Positions 48,040-59,985 of a stretch of DNA of 64,000 bases are shown here, in pieces. The notes under the pieces were generated by a model. That model was not told the origin of the DNA. It did not search any database and saw nothing but the letters and a program-made list of their open reading frames with translations. Source of the stretch: Anthoceros angustus (Eukaryota; Plantae; Anthocerotophyta). Position 1 is the stretch's first letter, and each line of letters opens with the position of its first letter. Where the stretch lies: assembly GCA_010909165.1 (NCBI GenBank), contig MU008151.1, forward strand, positions 868,001-932,000. Reading direction: 5' to 3'. A program made the translations under genes and the position numbers.

Positions 48040-49066
48040 TCACAGCCCGGAAAGAACATCCTCAACCGCCTGCTGGGCCAACTCGATCTTGGCCGGAATG
48101 ATGCAATCAAAAGGGGCTGAGGATCGTACTCTATTGTGAGCTGGATAGCTCTGGCCTTGCCTTCGCCAGCGAATTTTGCACAGAGCGTCAGCCCGAAGTC
48201 AATTCCAGATGATACTCCGGCGCATGTGGAGATCTTGGAGTTCTCCTGCAGCCCGCCCAGCATGCCTAGTAAGTTTGTTCAATCACTATCTAAGCAGCAA
48301 GTGGTATGCAGTCATGTAGTGCACGGTGTCGGTGTGCTCACCTCATCCACCCACACGACCCGCTGCGGGACGTAAGTGGCTCCATATTCCGGCCTCTGGA
48401 TCTCCTCCCTTGCTATCCAATGTGTGGTGACGTTGGCCCTTTGAGCAGCCCTGCAGCTGCCAGGATCAATGCTCCTGTGCACACAGACGTCGTGTACTTG
48501 GATGTCTGGTGGGCCTGCAATTAGCACATTTCTGCATTCCTGAGATGTCCATTGGATGAAGGAAACAGAGTTGGTCAGTCAGGACTCACCTGCCGGACCC
48601 ATTCGATGATGGCCTTCCATTGCCCTTCCTTCTACCCATCGGCTTTGGAAGTTTCGTACACCGTCAAGCCTCCAGGAACAAGGATGATGACGTCCGGGTT
48701 GGGCAAGGTTTGGTATGATCTAGTTGCAGTGAGACTGACCATCTGGCTGTCTGCCGTGTATTGCTGGCCCTCCTCGGCACCCACCAAATACACATGCACG
48801 CCTTCCAGCTGCCACAGAGATTCGTAAGGCCCAATTACGTCCAGAGCAGTGAAGCCCTGGAACAGAGGGATGCCGATGCTTGCCACCTTCACACTTTCGC
48901 CCATCGTATTGCTCTTGGAACAGCTGCAGCCTGGATGGAAGTTGGGAAGAAATGAAATGGGTTTGGAAAGGCGTGGAATGGAGTGGAATGGATAGCCCAG
49001 GTGGCTATATGGCCTCACGCCTGCTTGGGGGATGGATAGTACAGTCTGATGCTTTGATGGAGTCAT
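48040..49066 (-). CDS. DJ-1/PfpI-family protein of the isonitrile hydratase (InhA/ICH-like) subfamily; two introns (48515-48589, 48246-48341)
   Basis: IGIPLFQGFTALDVIGPYESL...PDVIILVPGG...YTTSVCTGALILAAAGLL...TTHW...AGVSSGIDFGL...AIQLTIEYDPQP; GT-AG introns with in-frame exon junctions. Core ATG at ~48904, upstream in-frame ATG at 49066. 3' end approximate; a few frameshifts. Confidence 0.82.
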
Positions 49067-50292
49067 ATCCTGACGGAGTCATATCCTTGCGAAGTCACAT
49101 CCCGAAGAATCATCCCTGACTGACGCGTTCCAGAGAAGGACACAGGCAGGTGGCCCAGCCTTACATTATTGCTGGACACTGACGAGTTCAGCCATCACTG
49201 TGTACATCGCAGCCCTCCAGTTCGCACTCTCTTGTCGCGGGCAAGTACTTGTCAGGCAGTGCCAGCTTGCTTTCAAGCACACCTGTTCTGGACGGCAACT
49301 GTTTTGGACGGCATCTCCGTCATGGGCGCAAGTCTGTGAATACCGATTTTTAAACTATGTTTTAGAAGCGTGATGCTTTCTCCAGGGCAAGCAAGAAAAC
49401 GTGCATGATATCGTCAACATGTGCCGGGCAATGACTCTTGATTCCTACCCAACCTTGACAAAGCTGTCATTCCTAAGGCCCCTTGACAGTTTTTATCACC
49501 TGTTCAATTCTTGCCCAGATAGAGAAGACTTCAAACCACGTCAGCCTCCCACGTGGATGGAGCCTCCTTAGTGTCTTCCAGTGCCATCCCCGTACTGCCT
49601 GGGATGCTGCAGGTTTGCCTGGGATGCTGCAGGTTAGCTATCATTAAGGAAGTAGACCTAATTGTTGGAAGCATTTTTGAACATTGACGTTAGGTTAGCT
49701 GAATGTTTGAAGACATAAAAGATTGGCAGTTCATAAACGACGAGGGTAGAGGCATAGGGAAGGTGTGTAGGATACTCTCTGCCCACATACACGATGACAA
49801 GGACTAATTTCAAGCCGTATTACATCTTGAAAAGTAGAATGGTAATGGAAAATACCTTAGTTTTGTTTGATAATAATTTGGTAATAGGCTTGGTAATAGG
49901 CTTGGTAATAGTTTGCATGGGCGATTTGTTAAGACATTGGATAGGGATAGATCCACAACAGGCAAGCCTAGATGAAAGGCTGTGTCAAGTGTTTTCCAAA
50001 ACGAGCCACCGAGCAAGAAGAACCTAGAGACTAGGTGCTGGGAAGTGGAGGACTAGGTGCTGGGAGGAGAAGCAGAAGGAATTCCTCCTACCATGTCCGG
50101 CAAGAAATCCTGATCCAGTCTTTGCAGACTTTTCAAACGGAGCTCAATGTGCGAAATGAAGCCCTGAGCAGGATCCTCCAGATGGGGGTTTCCCAGAGCA
50201 GGATCCCCCTGTCACAAGTTTAGAGTTTATAATATAACACAGTTGGACGACCAGAAGGCTTTCCCGCCTTTGTTGGCGCTGGCATCCAGGAG

Positions 50293-50909
50293 GAGTTTCT
50301 CAAGGAACCTGTGATTGCAAAGTTGAAATCTTTTGTGCTTCCCTCACGGCAGTCCGGGAGTCGAGCTTGTGGAAGGAATTATCAGGACCGAGTGTGTCGA
50401 AAACTCACACTCTGTATCTACCGGCATAACCAGTCAGTGCTAACGCAGGATTTGCTCAAGCGTGTTCTTTCAGACCAACAAGACTGTACAGGGAGATTTT
50501 CTCCTCATGGGATCTGGCCGACCTCAAATGGTGGTGGCCAGAATGTCCTGAAGCCTTTCTGAAGAATGCCTGTGAGCGAGCTAAAGAGCTCTTAAGTGCT
50601 GGTGAAGTCTTGGATGTCTTGCAAAGGCGACGAACAGGTCTCCTTCAAACCATATCCAACATAGATGCAGCTGTAGAGGAAGTCCTGCCTACAGAGAAAG
50701 GGGTGCTCGCACAACAAGACGCACCAGTTCAAACGTCTCGGTTTGTCAGAATCCGACGTACTATATCCCTCCCTGGAACAACTCACTCGGAGATGGGGAG
50801 CAAGTGTTGCAAACCATCAATCAAGGGATAAGAGATTTGAAGCAAGAGGTGAAAGCAGTGGGAGTCAAAGTGGATAGAATTGGCGAGACTTTGCAACTTA
50901 TCCAACATG
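50293..50909 (+). pseudogene. TRN1-like COR fragment (duplicate of 9619-10234)
   Basis: Near-identical to 9619-10234 within the duplicated block. Confidence 0.8.
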
Positions 50910-53900
50910 GTGCTCCCAAGGCCAGGGTGAGCCCCTACTGCTGGTGCTCAAGGCCAGGGTGAGCCCCTACTGCTGGTGCTCCCAAGGCCAGGGTGAGGAG
51001 ATGGCCAGCGCCGCAGCCGAGCTGGGATGTCGCTGCAGCAGCAGTCCGCAAGGTTTAGGGTTACCGGACGATGATGGACAGGATGCTGCCGGGATTGCGG
51101 ACGCTGCTGGCCCTGGCCATGCGGATGCCATCTCTGCCATGCGTCCTGAGCTGACTCTGTAGATCGATGCTACAGTCCGGGTCTACCGTATGCTAACTCA
51201 ACCTTTCGTCATGTGGCTCGCACAAACTGTCAGCCTCATCTGCAGAGCGGTGATTACAGATGAGCATCACACAACGTCCATGGCTGTCCATTGCTTGCAG
51301 GCAATCTATTGAACACCCTGCGAGCATCGTCCAGACTGCCACACTTCCCACACATGGCAGACAGGAGCCAATAAACTCATCACCTTCTCGGGTCCTTGGC
51401 TGACAAGGAGCAAGGCACACTAGTGTGAGGCCAATACTTCAAGGTGGAGTCGTTTCGCTGCAGAAGGGCAAAGATTCACATGCCGATACTGTCGGCAAGG
51501 GCTTTGAATGGGATGTCTATGGGGGCAGCACGCACTGCTTTATATGTATGCAAAGTGTGGGAGCATCATGGTTGCACAACGGGCTTTTGATAGACATATG
51601 CAGCAGAATGTGGTGGTAAGGAATGCAACGCTTGCAGCATACGATTGAGTTACGTAATCCTTTTCAATCTATTTATAAAGTTTTGATGTATTTAGAGCCC
51701 TTTACAAACAACTAAAATGCACATAAGCTTTAAAGGCGTTTTTAGATTTAAAATCTGTTGCGGGAAGAGACCTAGACTCTAGGCTTGAGTTGAGCTGCCC
51801 CAGTCTACCATTACAACAAGTGAGGTGGCCTTCGCTTCCTACACGCCTGGCATCCCAAACACGGTTTGGCAGCTGTGTTAGGAGGCTCAGCTCGCATCGT
51901 CGCGATCGGATCGAAGGAGTCGGGGAAGGGCTGGCCAAGGTTGGGGTAGGCAAGGCAAGGTAGCAGGGACGGGTGCGAGGCGGGCTGTCAGGGCTTGCAG
52001 GTTGCTGCTTTCAGCAGCAGCGGGGGCTGAATGGAAAGCCTGGCCCTCGGTTGTGGTGGTGGGAGGCCAGGTCAGTGGACTGACTCCCTCATTGGGGCAG
52101 CTTAACCTCACGTGATGCCTCTTTGTTTGCTGGTTTCCAGCTTGGTGCGCGTCTAGAATTCTGGTTCCTCTGACTCTGACTGTTTAACCTCGCAACAGAG
52201 TTCTGGAAAGTCGTCTGTGCTGGAGAGCATCGTGGGAAGGATTTCTCGCCTCGAGGCTCAGGTGTGCATCTTCTCTTACACTGGATCACGGACGTGGACA
52301 GATCGAATTAGATGCAGGTTGGATCTAAAATGCATCTTTTCATGCTGTCGTTTTCTCGAAGCCCCGGCTGGATTCAGCATTAGGATGGTGATAGATCTTC
52401 AATTCACCTCGGTTTAGGATCGCGGCAAGAAGTGGGCCGGGTAAAGCAGATGTATTGCAAATGGCTTCCAACATGATCAGTGCGACGGTGATTTGTAGGG
52501 ATTGTGACGAGGCGTCCCTAGTTTTACAGCTGCACAAGATGGACGATGGTTCCGAATATGGCGAATTTGTCCATGGCGCCGAAGAGAAGGTTTACGGATT
52601 ATGGTAATGTTGTGTACTTGCTTTTGATGTGGAGGTCTTCAGGATCTTGCTTGTTGTGCTTTGTGAGGGGACGCATGTTTTACTCTTTCTTCTTAGGTTT
52701 AGGGTTCTTTCACTCTTTTTGCAAGTGTGGACGGTGAATATCGAGAAACTTGCATATTCTGTTTAGGTCTTTCCATGATTATAGACGACTTTTGCAAGTT
52801 TCGACCTGACGAGTGAGTATGTGGTTGCAGCTGCTTTTAGGAAAGAGATATCTGATGAGACCGACAGAGTCACTGGGGCAGCAAGCAGATCTCTCCCGTT
52901 CCGTGTCAACTGAGCATATATTCTCCTCATGGTATGTCTACCCAGAAGATTTACATCTCAAATTGGAAGGATTTACTTGTGGCCCTACGGTCAAATGAAC
53001 GATGAAATCAAATTGTGAAACAAGTCGACAGTATCTTTCACCCTTGTGATCATATGCACGTGCTAGTAGTGAAGACGATCTCTATGCAAGGTTTGAAGTT
53101 TGTCAGGATGAGGCATAACAGGTTGCTACTCTATGATGTGATGCAGTGCTGAACTTGACTCTCATTGATCTTCAAAAGTTGTTGTTGGTAAGTGCTCCTT
53201 ACGCCTATGACCATGTCTGTAGAGGCTAATTTCGGATGAGCCAGGGCTAAATTGGAGCTAATTACTTTTCTGTGTCACCTGCAGAGGGACAGCCTGACAG
53301 CAATATGGTTCGGTCATACGTGGAGAAGGTACCTTCCCGATACAATGATGCCTTAATGCGATCATGGCTTCGTGTGGGTTCTCTTGGTCACCGGACAGAG
53401 CAGAGCCGCGGACTCGCCTTCCTGCGCCACGAAGAACTGGTTGCCGTAGCGGGATTGCAGCTCGACGAAGAACTGGCGAGGCAGCAGGAGTTCACAGCAG
53501 GTCCCACGTTGAAGTTGAGGATGTTCGGCGACGTCAGGTCCTGGATCACCACGATGGTGCGCTCGTCTGGACTCCACAGGCTCCGCAGCGCCTGCCCCGA
53601 TGTGGCCGGGGTAGGCTCGGTTGTCGTCACCACCGCTGCGCTGCTCCAGCTGCTTGCAGGCAGTCTGTCGTTAAATAATACCCTGCGAGCATCGTCCAGG
53701 CTGTCACACTTCCGAAAGCGTGGCTTTTGCAAAAATAAACCGTGAGAAGCAACAGCAGCACGAACTTGCTCAATAGATTGCCTATCCCACAGTGTAGAAA
53801 CCATTAACCTGGTCAAATATAGCAAGAGCATCTCCTTGACACTTCAGCCACGTGTGCCATTGTGCAGCTGAAGGATTTTCTCACCTGGTCGACACATCCA

Positions 53901-56900
53901 TGGCCTTCTGGAAAGGTGCAGGATTACCCTGATTCTGGTTGCAACATTTGCAGCCTATAATATAAACTCATCACCATTCTCGGGTACAGTTATGATCCAT
54001 TGATGCCAAGGACGTCCATATGCCCTCTCCAGAGGATGTTCATATGCAACAACAACAACAACAACATTTGCAGCCTATAACATAAACTCATCACCATTCT
54101 CGGGTACAGTTATGATCCATTGATGCCAAGGACGTCCATATGCCCTCTCCGGAGGATTGATGGCAAGGACGTCCATATGCCCTCTCCAGAGGATGTTCAT
54201 ATGCACCAACAACAACAACAACTTTATGTATGTCCATTGGAAATATCTGGAAAGAGAAAATGAGTCATACCGCTATTCACTTGTGGAGAAACACCATGGG
54301 TTATATCCGCAATATCATTGCACTTCCTTCCCATACTGCGGTTTGGGAGGCGTGTTGTTCCCTTTCACAGTGCCGACTGATGAGCTTAGAGTCATGAAAG
54401 ATCCGATCATGTTATCGAAAATTACAAGTAAAGGGTTTCTAGGTGGATCCAGTTTAGTGGACACCCAACCCACCCCATCATTCATCACAGGGACCGTGCA
54501 CGGAGCCGTTTCCGTTCCGTTCCGTTTACATCTCAAATTTGAAGGATTTACTTGTGGTCAAATGAATGATGAAATCAAATTGTGAAACAAGTCGACAGAT
54601 CTTTCACCCTTATGATCATATGCACGTGCTAGTAGTGAAGACGATCTCTATGCAAGGTTTGAAGTTTGTCGATGAGGCATAACAGTTGCTACTTTATGAT
54701 GTGATGCAGTGCTGAACTTGACTCTCATTGATCTTCAAAAGTTGTTGTTGGTAAGTGCTCCTTATGCCTATGACCATGCCTGTAGAGGCTAATTTCGGAT
54801 GAGCCATGGACTAAATTGGAGCCAAATTGGAGCTAATTACTTTTTCCGAGTCACCGCAGAGGGGACAGCGTAATATGGTTCGGTGATACGTCGAGAAGGT
54901 ACCTTCCGATCTTGGATGCCTTAATGCGATCACGGCCGTGTGAGTTCTCTTGCTCACCAGACAGAGCCGCGGACTCGCCTTCTGCGCCACGAAGAACTGG
55001 TTGCCGTGGCGGGATTGCAGCTCCACGAAGAATTGGCGAGGCGGCAGGGAGTTCACAGCAGTCCCACGTTGAAGTCGAGGATGTGCGGCGTCAGTCTGCA
55101 TCACCACGATGGTGCGCTCGTCTGACTCCACAGGCTCCGGCCACGATGTGGCCATGGTAGGCTCGGTTGTCGTCACCACCGCTGCGATGCTCCAGCTGCT
55201 TGCAGGCAGTCTGTTAAATAATACCCGCGAGCATCGTCCAGACTGTCACACTTCCGAAAGCGTGGCTTTTGCAAAAACCGTGAGAGCAACAGCAGCACCA
55301 ACTTGCTCAATAGATTGCCGAACCCCACGTAGAAACCATTAATCTGGTCAAATATAGCAAGAGCATCTCCTTGACACTTCACCACGTGTGCCATTGTGCG
55401 ATTGAAGGATTTTCTCACCGTCGACACATCCATGGCCTTCCGGAAAGGTGCGGGATTACCCGTAGAGATTAAGTGACTATCGTCATCGCAAATGCAGGAG
55501 AGGCTCACACGAGCCATTAGAAGGTTTATCACTTAGCTTCACCCAACCTCAACCGCAACAACAACAACAACAACTTTATTTATGTCCACTAAGGATGGGA
55601 GAACCATCATGGGACGAGATAGTACAGAAAAAGAGGTTTAAAACCGAGTACACTTACGTCGTCTGAACTAGAGAAGCACTGTATGAGGGAAGCGTAAAAG
55701 AAGGCAAAGACTACAAGGAGTCCAACAAGGACTGCCAAGATCAAGAAGCTCGAGAGACATAGTCCGAGAGCCTAGGAATGTGGAAAGAAAAATCTGCGAG
55801 AAGCCGGCACATTCAAAAGAAATGTGAGACCGAATATCGGCATAGGCGGGACAATAAAGAGGAAGTGTGATTGATTCGGGATCCAAGGAGCAAAGCTTGC
55901 ATCCTATCGTCTTGGGAGGGTAGGCTTGAGCCAGCGGTCGGTCTCAATCCGGAGGTGGTGGGAGCTAACACGAAATTGACCTATGAGTGTCGGAGTTTGA
56001 AGGAAAGGGGAGTTGGGAGGAGGCGGGGTAGGAAATTTACGGAGGAGGATTAACTCGGAGCTCGTCTTTGTAAAAGCGGAGTCTAGAAGTGAGAGGGGAA
56101 AAGGAAAGAGGGGACCGGTGAGGCGAAGGTATCTTAATTTAAGGGCCTGCGAATGGAGTGGTTGGGGGATGTGAGAAAGGGGAGTTGGGAGGAGAGGGCC
56201 AAGCGAGTCGAAAAAGGTTCAAACTCGAATCTTCTAAGCGGTTGGCGGCTTGAGAAAGCCAAAAGAAGCTTGTGGGTCAAGATTGAGAGGCGGAGGACCT
56301 AAAGGCAAGGAGGAGGTAAGGGGATCCAAAATGGGATTAGCAATATCAAGGAGGTGGAGGCGGTAAAGAAAGGATGAGAGACGAAAAAGGCCATCAAGTT
56401 CGAGGGAAAAGGCGCAAATTCGAGAAAGGAGGATGGGTAATGGAGTTGAGCGCTTACAAGCAATGTGAGCGGAGAAAGGAAGATTGAACCCTTTCCACCT
56501 TCGCCCAAGAAGAAGGGAAAGATCCGGCCCCAAATTTCAGCGCCATACAAGGCGGAGGGAATTACCATAGTGTTGAGCAGTGCTTCAAGATTGATATCCC
56601 AAGATTCATCCTGTATAAAGAACGGCGCAGCATGAGCCCATCCCTTGGTAGCGGGAGGAGGCGGAGGAGGTCCAGTTAAATTTAGGACCGAAAATAGTGA
56701 TACCAGATAAGTATAGGATCGAACCATCTCCACCTCCGACCATCATAATAAAATTTGCAATCACCCTTGTAATCCCGAGTGTTGAACCGCATAATCTTGG
56801 TCTTGCAGATTGACAAAGAGACCCTTGGTTTTACAAAAAGGGATAAAACATCCGATTGCTTTTGCGAGGCCCTCAGAATGAGATAAAGAACAATATCATC

Positions 56901-59019
56901 CGCATATAGGAGGATAGGAATACTTTCGAAATAGCCGAGCACCGTGGTCGCCGGATCAAGAAGCCATTCCTCAAGCTCATCAATATACAACCCAAAGAGA
57001 TTTGGGGACAAAGGGTCGCCTCATGACGCCAAGTTGGATAGGGATCCGTGGGAAGACAAACCACGGGAGTCTTGATTCGAGCAAAGACCCTTTGTAGAGA
57101 AGGGTAGCATGCCACAAATGAGGAGGCATCTTAAGAGATTGAAGTCTCAAACAACTTATCCCAAGGCACGAGTTGAAAGCACGCTTAAAGTCAACAAAAC
57201 AACAAGACGTGCTTCTTGGATGTCGAGCCCCTTCAACAATAGCCGGAGGGTAAAAGATGATCCAAAGTATTGACCGGGCAAACTTGGCCCCGAGCACGCA
57301 CCTTAGCCTCCTCACCAGAAGTAGTCAAGATCTCCAAACTAGAGCTAAAGATCTTAGCATAGATAGACTCCACGGTGATAAATCGGTAATTAGAAGGGAG
57401 ATAAGGGTCCACCTTGAGAATGGAGTGGAATGGATAGCCCTGGTAGCCAGGCTATGGCCTCACTGCCTGGGGATGGATACTAAAGTCTGATGCTTTGATG
57501 GAGTCACATCCTGACGAAGTCATATCCTTGCGAAGTCCCATCCCGAAGAAGCCATTCCTCAAGCTCATCAATATACAACCCAAAGAGATTTGGGGACAAA
57601 GGGTCGCCTCATGACGCCAAGTTGGATAGGGATAGATCCACAACAGGCAAGCCTAGATGAAGGCTGTGTCAAGTGTTTTCCAAAACGAGCCACCGGGACG
57701 TTGAGCAGAGAGATAAGGGTCGCCTCATGACGCCAAGTTGGATAGGGATCCGGGAGGAGGCGGAGGAGGCGGAGGGAATTACCATAGTGTTGAGCAGAGA
57801 GATAAAAGAACAATATCATCCGCATATGGATTACCATAGTGTTGAGCAAGCTTCAAGATTGATATCCCAAGATTCATCCTGTATAAAGCAGTAAAAACAC
57901 AGAGCCCATCCCTTGGTAGCGGGAGGCGGAGGAGGTCCAGTTAAATTTAGGACCGAAAATAGTGATACCAGATAAGTATAGGATCGAACCATCTCCACCT
58001 CGACCATCATAATAAAATTTGCAATCACCCTTGTAATCCCAGTGTTGAACCGCATAATCTTGGTCTTGTGATTGACAAAGAGACCCTTGGTTTTACAAAA
58101 AGGGATAAAACATCCGATTGCTTTTTGAGGCCCTCAGAATGAGATAAAGAACAATATCATCCATATAGGAGGATAGGAATACTTTCGAAATAGCCGAGCA
58201 CCGTGGTCGCCGGATCGAAGAAGCCATTCCTCAAGCTCATCAATATACAACCCAAAGAGATTTGGGGACAAAGGGTCGCCTCATGAGCCAAGTTGGATAG
58301 GGATCGTGGGAAGACAAACCACGGGAGTCTTGATTCGAGCAAAGACCCTTTTGTAGAGAAGGGTAGCATGCCACAAATGAGGAGGCATCTTAAGAGATTG
58401 AAGTCTCAAACAACTTATCCCAAGGCACGAGTTGAAAGCACGCTTAAAGTCAACAAAACAACGATGACGTGCTTCTTGGATGTCGAGCCCCTTCAACAAT
58501 AGCCGGAGGGTAAAAGATGATCCAAAGTATTCGGGCGGAAATGCAGCGAGCACGCACCTTAGCCTCCTCACCAGAAGTAGTCAAGATCTCCAAACTAGAG
58601 CTAAAGATCTTAGCATAGATAGACTCCACGGTGATAAATCGGTAATTAGAAGGGAGATAAGGGTCCACCTTGAGAATGGAGTGGATATCATTCTCACACC
58701 AAGGATCGAACCGAAAGACAAAGCATCATTAAAGCGAGAGGCAAGATGCGAGGAGAAGGAGGTAGAGTCAAAACCGGAATAAATCCCGTGGATACCATTA
58801 GGGTCGATGCTCGAGCTTCCGGATAGCACAGACACAGATTGGCGTGAAAACCCGAGACCGGATCGAGAGGGAGGCGGAGGGATGTGGTAAAGACTATGAA
58901 CATAGGAGAGGAGTTCAGAGTGGCTTTGAGAAGAATGGGTGAGCGGGTGTGGAATTCCTTCCAAAAGGCGAGCCAAGGACGTTGAGCGGAGAGATAAGAC
59001 GGTGTGTTCGGCTTGGATG

Positions 59020-59985
59020 CCGACCTCAATGGTGGCCAGATGTCCTGAAGCCCATCTGGTGCCTGTGAGGAGCCAGGGACCTCTTGGATGTTTTGCAAGG
59101 TGGCGGACAGTCTATCCCTCCGTGTAACAAGTGAGCTTTATTGGAAGAAGTTACTGCAGCTCGCCTCAGTGCAGAAATATGTAACGAAAAGGAAGCAGGC
59201 AATCGGAGCGGTTGCGCGTACTCATGGAAGAAGACAGACCTGGAGGAGCGGGGGGCGTGTTCTCAGACCTTCAAATCAAAACTGATGTTGGTGAACGAGG
59301 ATCTCACAGCAGAAGCAGTTGTGGAGACGAACTTTCAGGGATGTCGAGAAAGGCACAAACTTTATCATAGCTTGATGGAAGCCATCATTGAGGGCTCTCA
59401 AACGGAAGATGTGCTGAGCATTCTAGCAAGCGTGATTGGCAAGATCACGGAGCTGGGTGCTCACAAAACCAGGATGAGAAGATTCCTGTGCCAGTTGCGC
59501 AACACTAGATGCTACACTGGTCTTAACCATTCCATGCTCCTCACATGCCTGGCCAGCGTAAGTAGGGTGCGGGGTCTTAATTAACCAACCTGCATGCCTT
59601 CAATCAAGTGTCAGATATCGTCTTCAGCGACACACTGTTGGTGCATCAAACCTTGTTGGTCTTCTCTTCTCCTTTTCTACATTCCTGTTTGGCAAGAGAC
59701 GTCTCACAGCGTCCTTGTTTGGATGAACAGATGATGGCTCATAAAGGCTATGGGTAGAGGCAGAACGTGCGTGTTTGTACAGCTGCAGCGGTTGGTTTCA
59801 AGAAGCAAGTCCAGATTGGCGGTCTTTGGTTCTGATTTTTACATCCTGTAGACCGCCAGGATGTATTTTCATCTTCAGGCAAAGCTGGGACAGGATGTCA
59901 CTCAAATCGCACTGCAGCTCCTGCCTTCATGTCACAAATGGCTTCTCTTCAAGTGTCGGTGCCTCGACAAGCTTGCATAAAACAG
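59020..59985 (+). pseudogene. TRN1-like fragments embedded in the LINE complex
   Basis: 59035-59110 is a condensed match to COR sequence at 9838-9965; 59335-59400 matches 22605-22680. Confidence 0.55.

Noticed and set aside
48045-48110. Plus-strand PGKNILNRLLGQLDLGRND resembling the Roco N-terminus, antisense to the InhA-like 3' end
   Set aside because: Too short to separate from chance; the minus strand gives a plausible InhA C-terminus (PPFDC...AVEDVLSGL*).
49100-49560. F-box/LRR-like remnant on the minus strand (LCPSLERV; also 8470-8930)
   Set aside because: Only one short motif among many stops; insufficient support.
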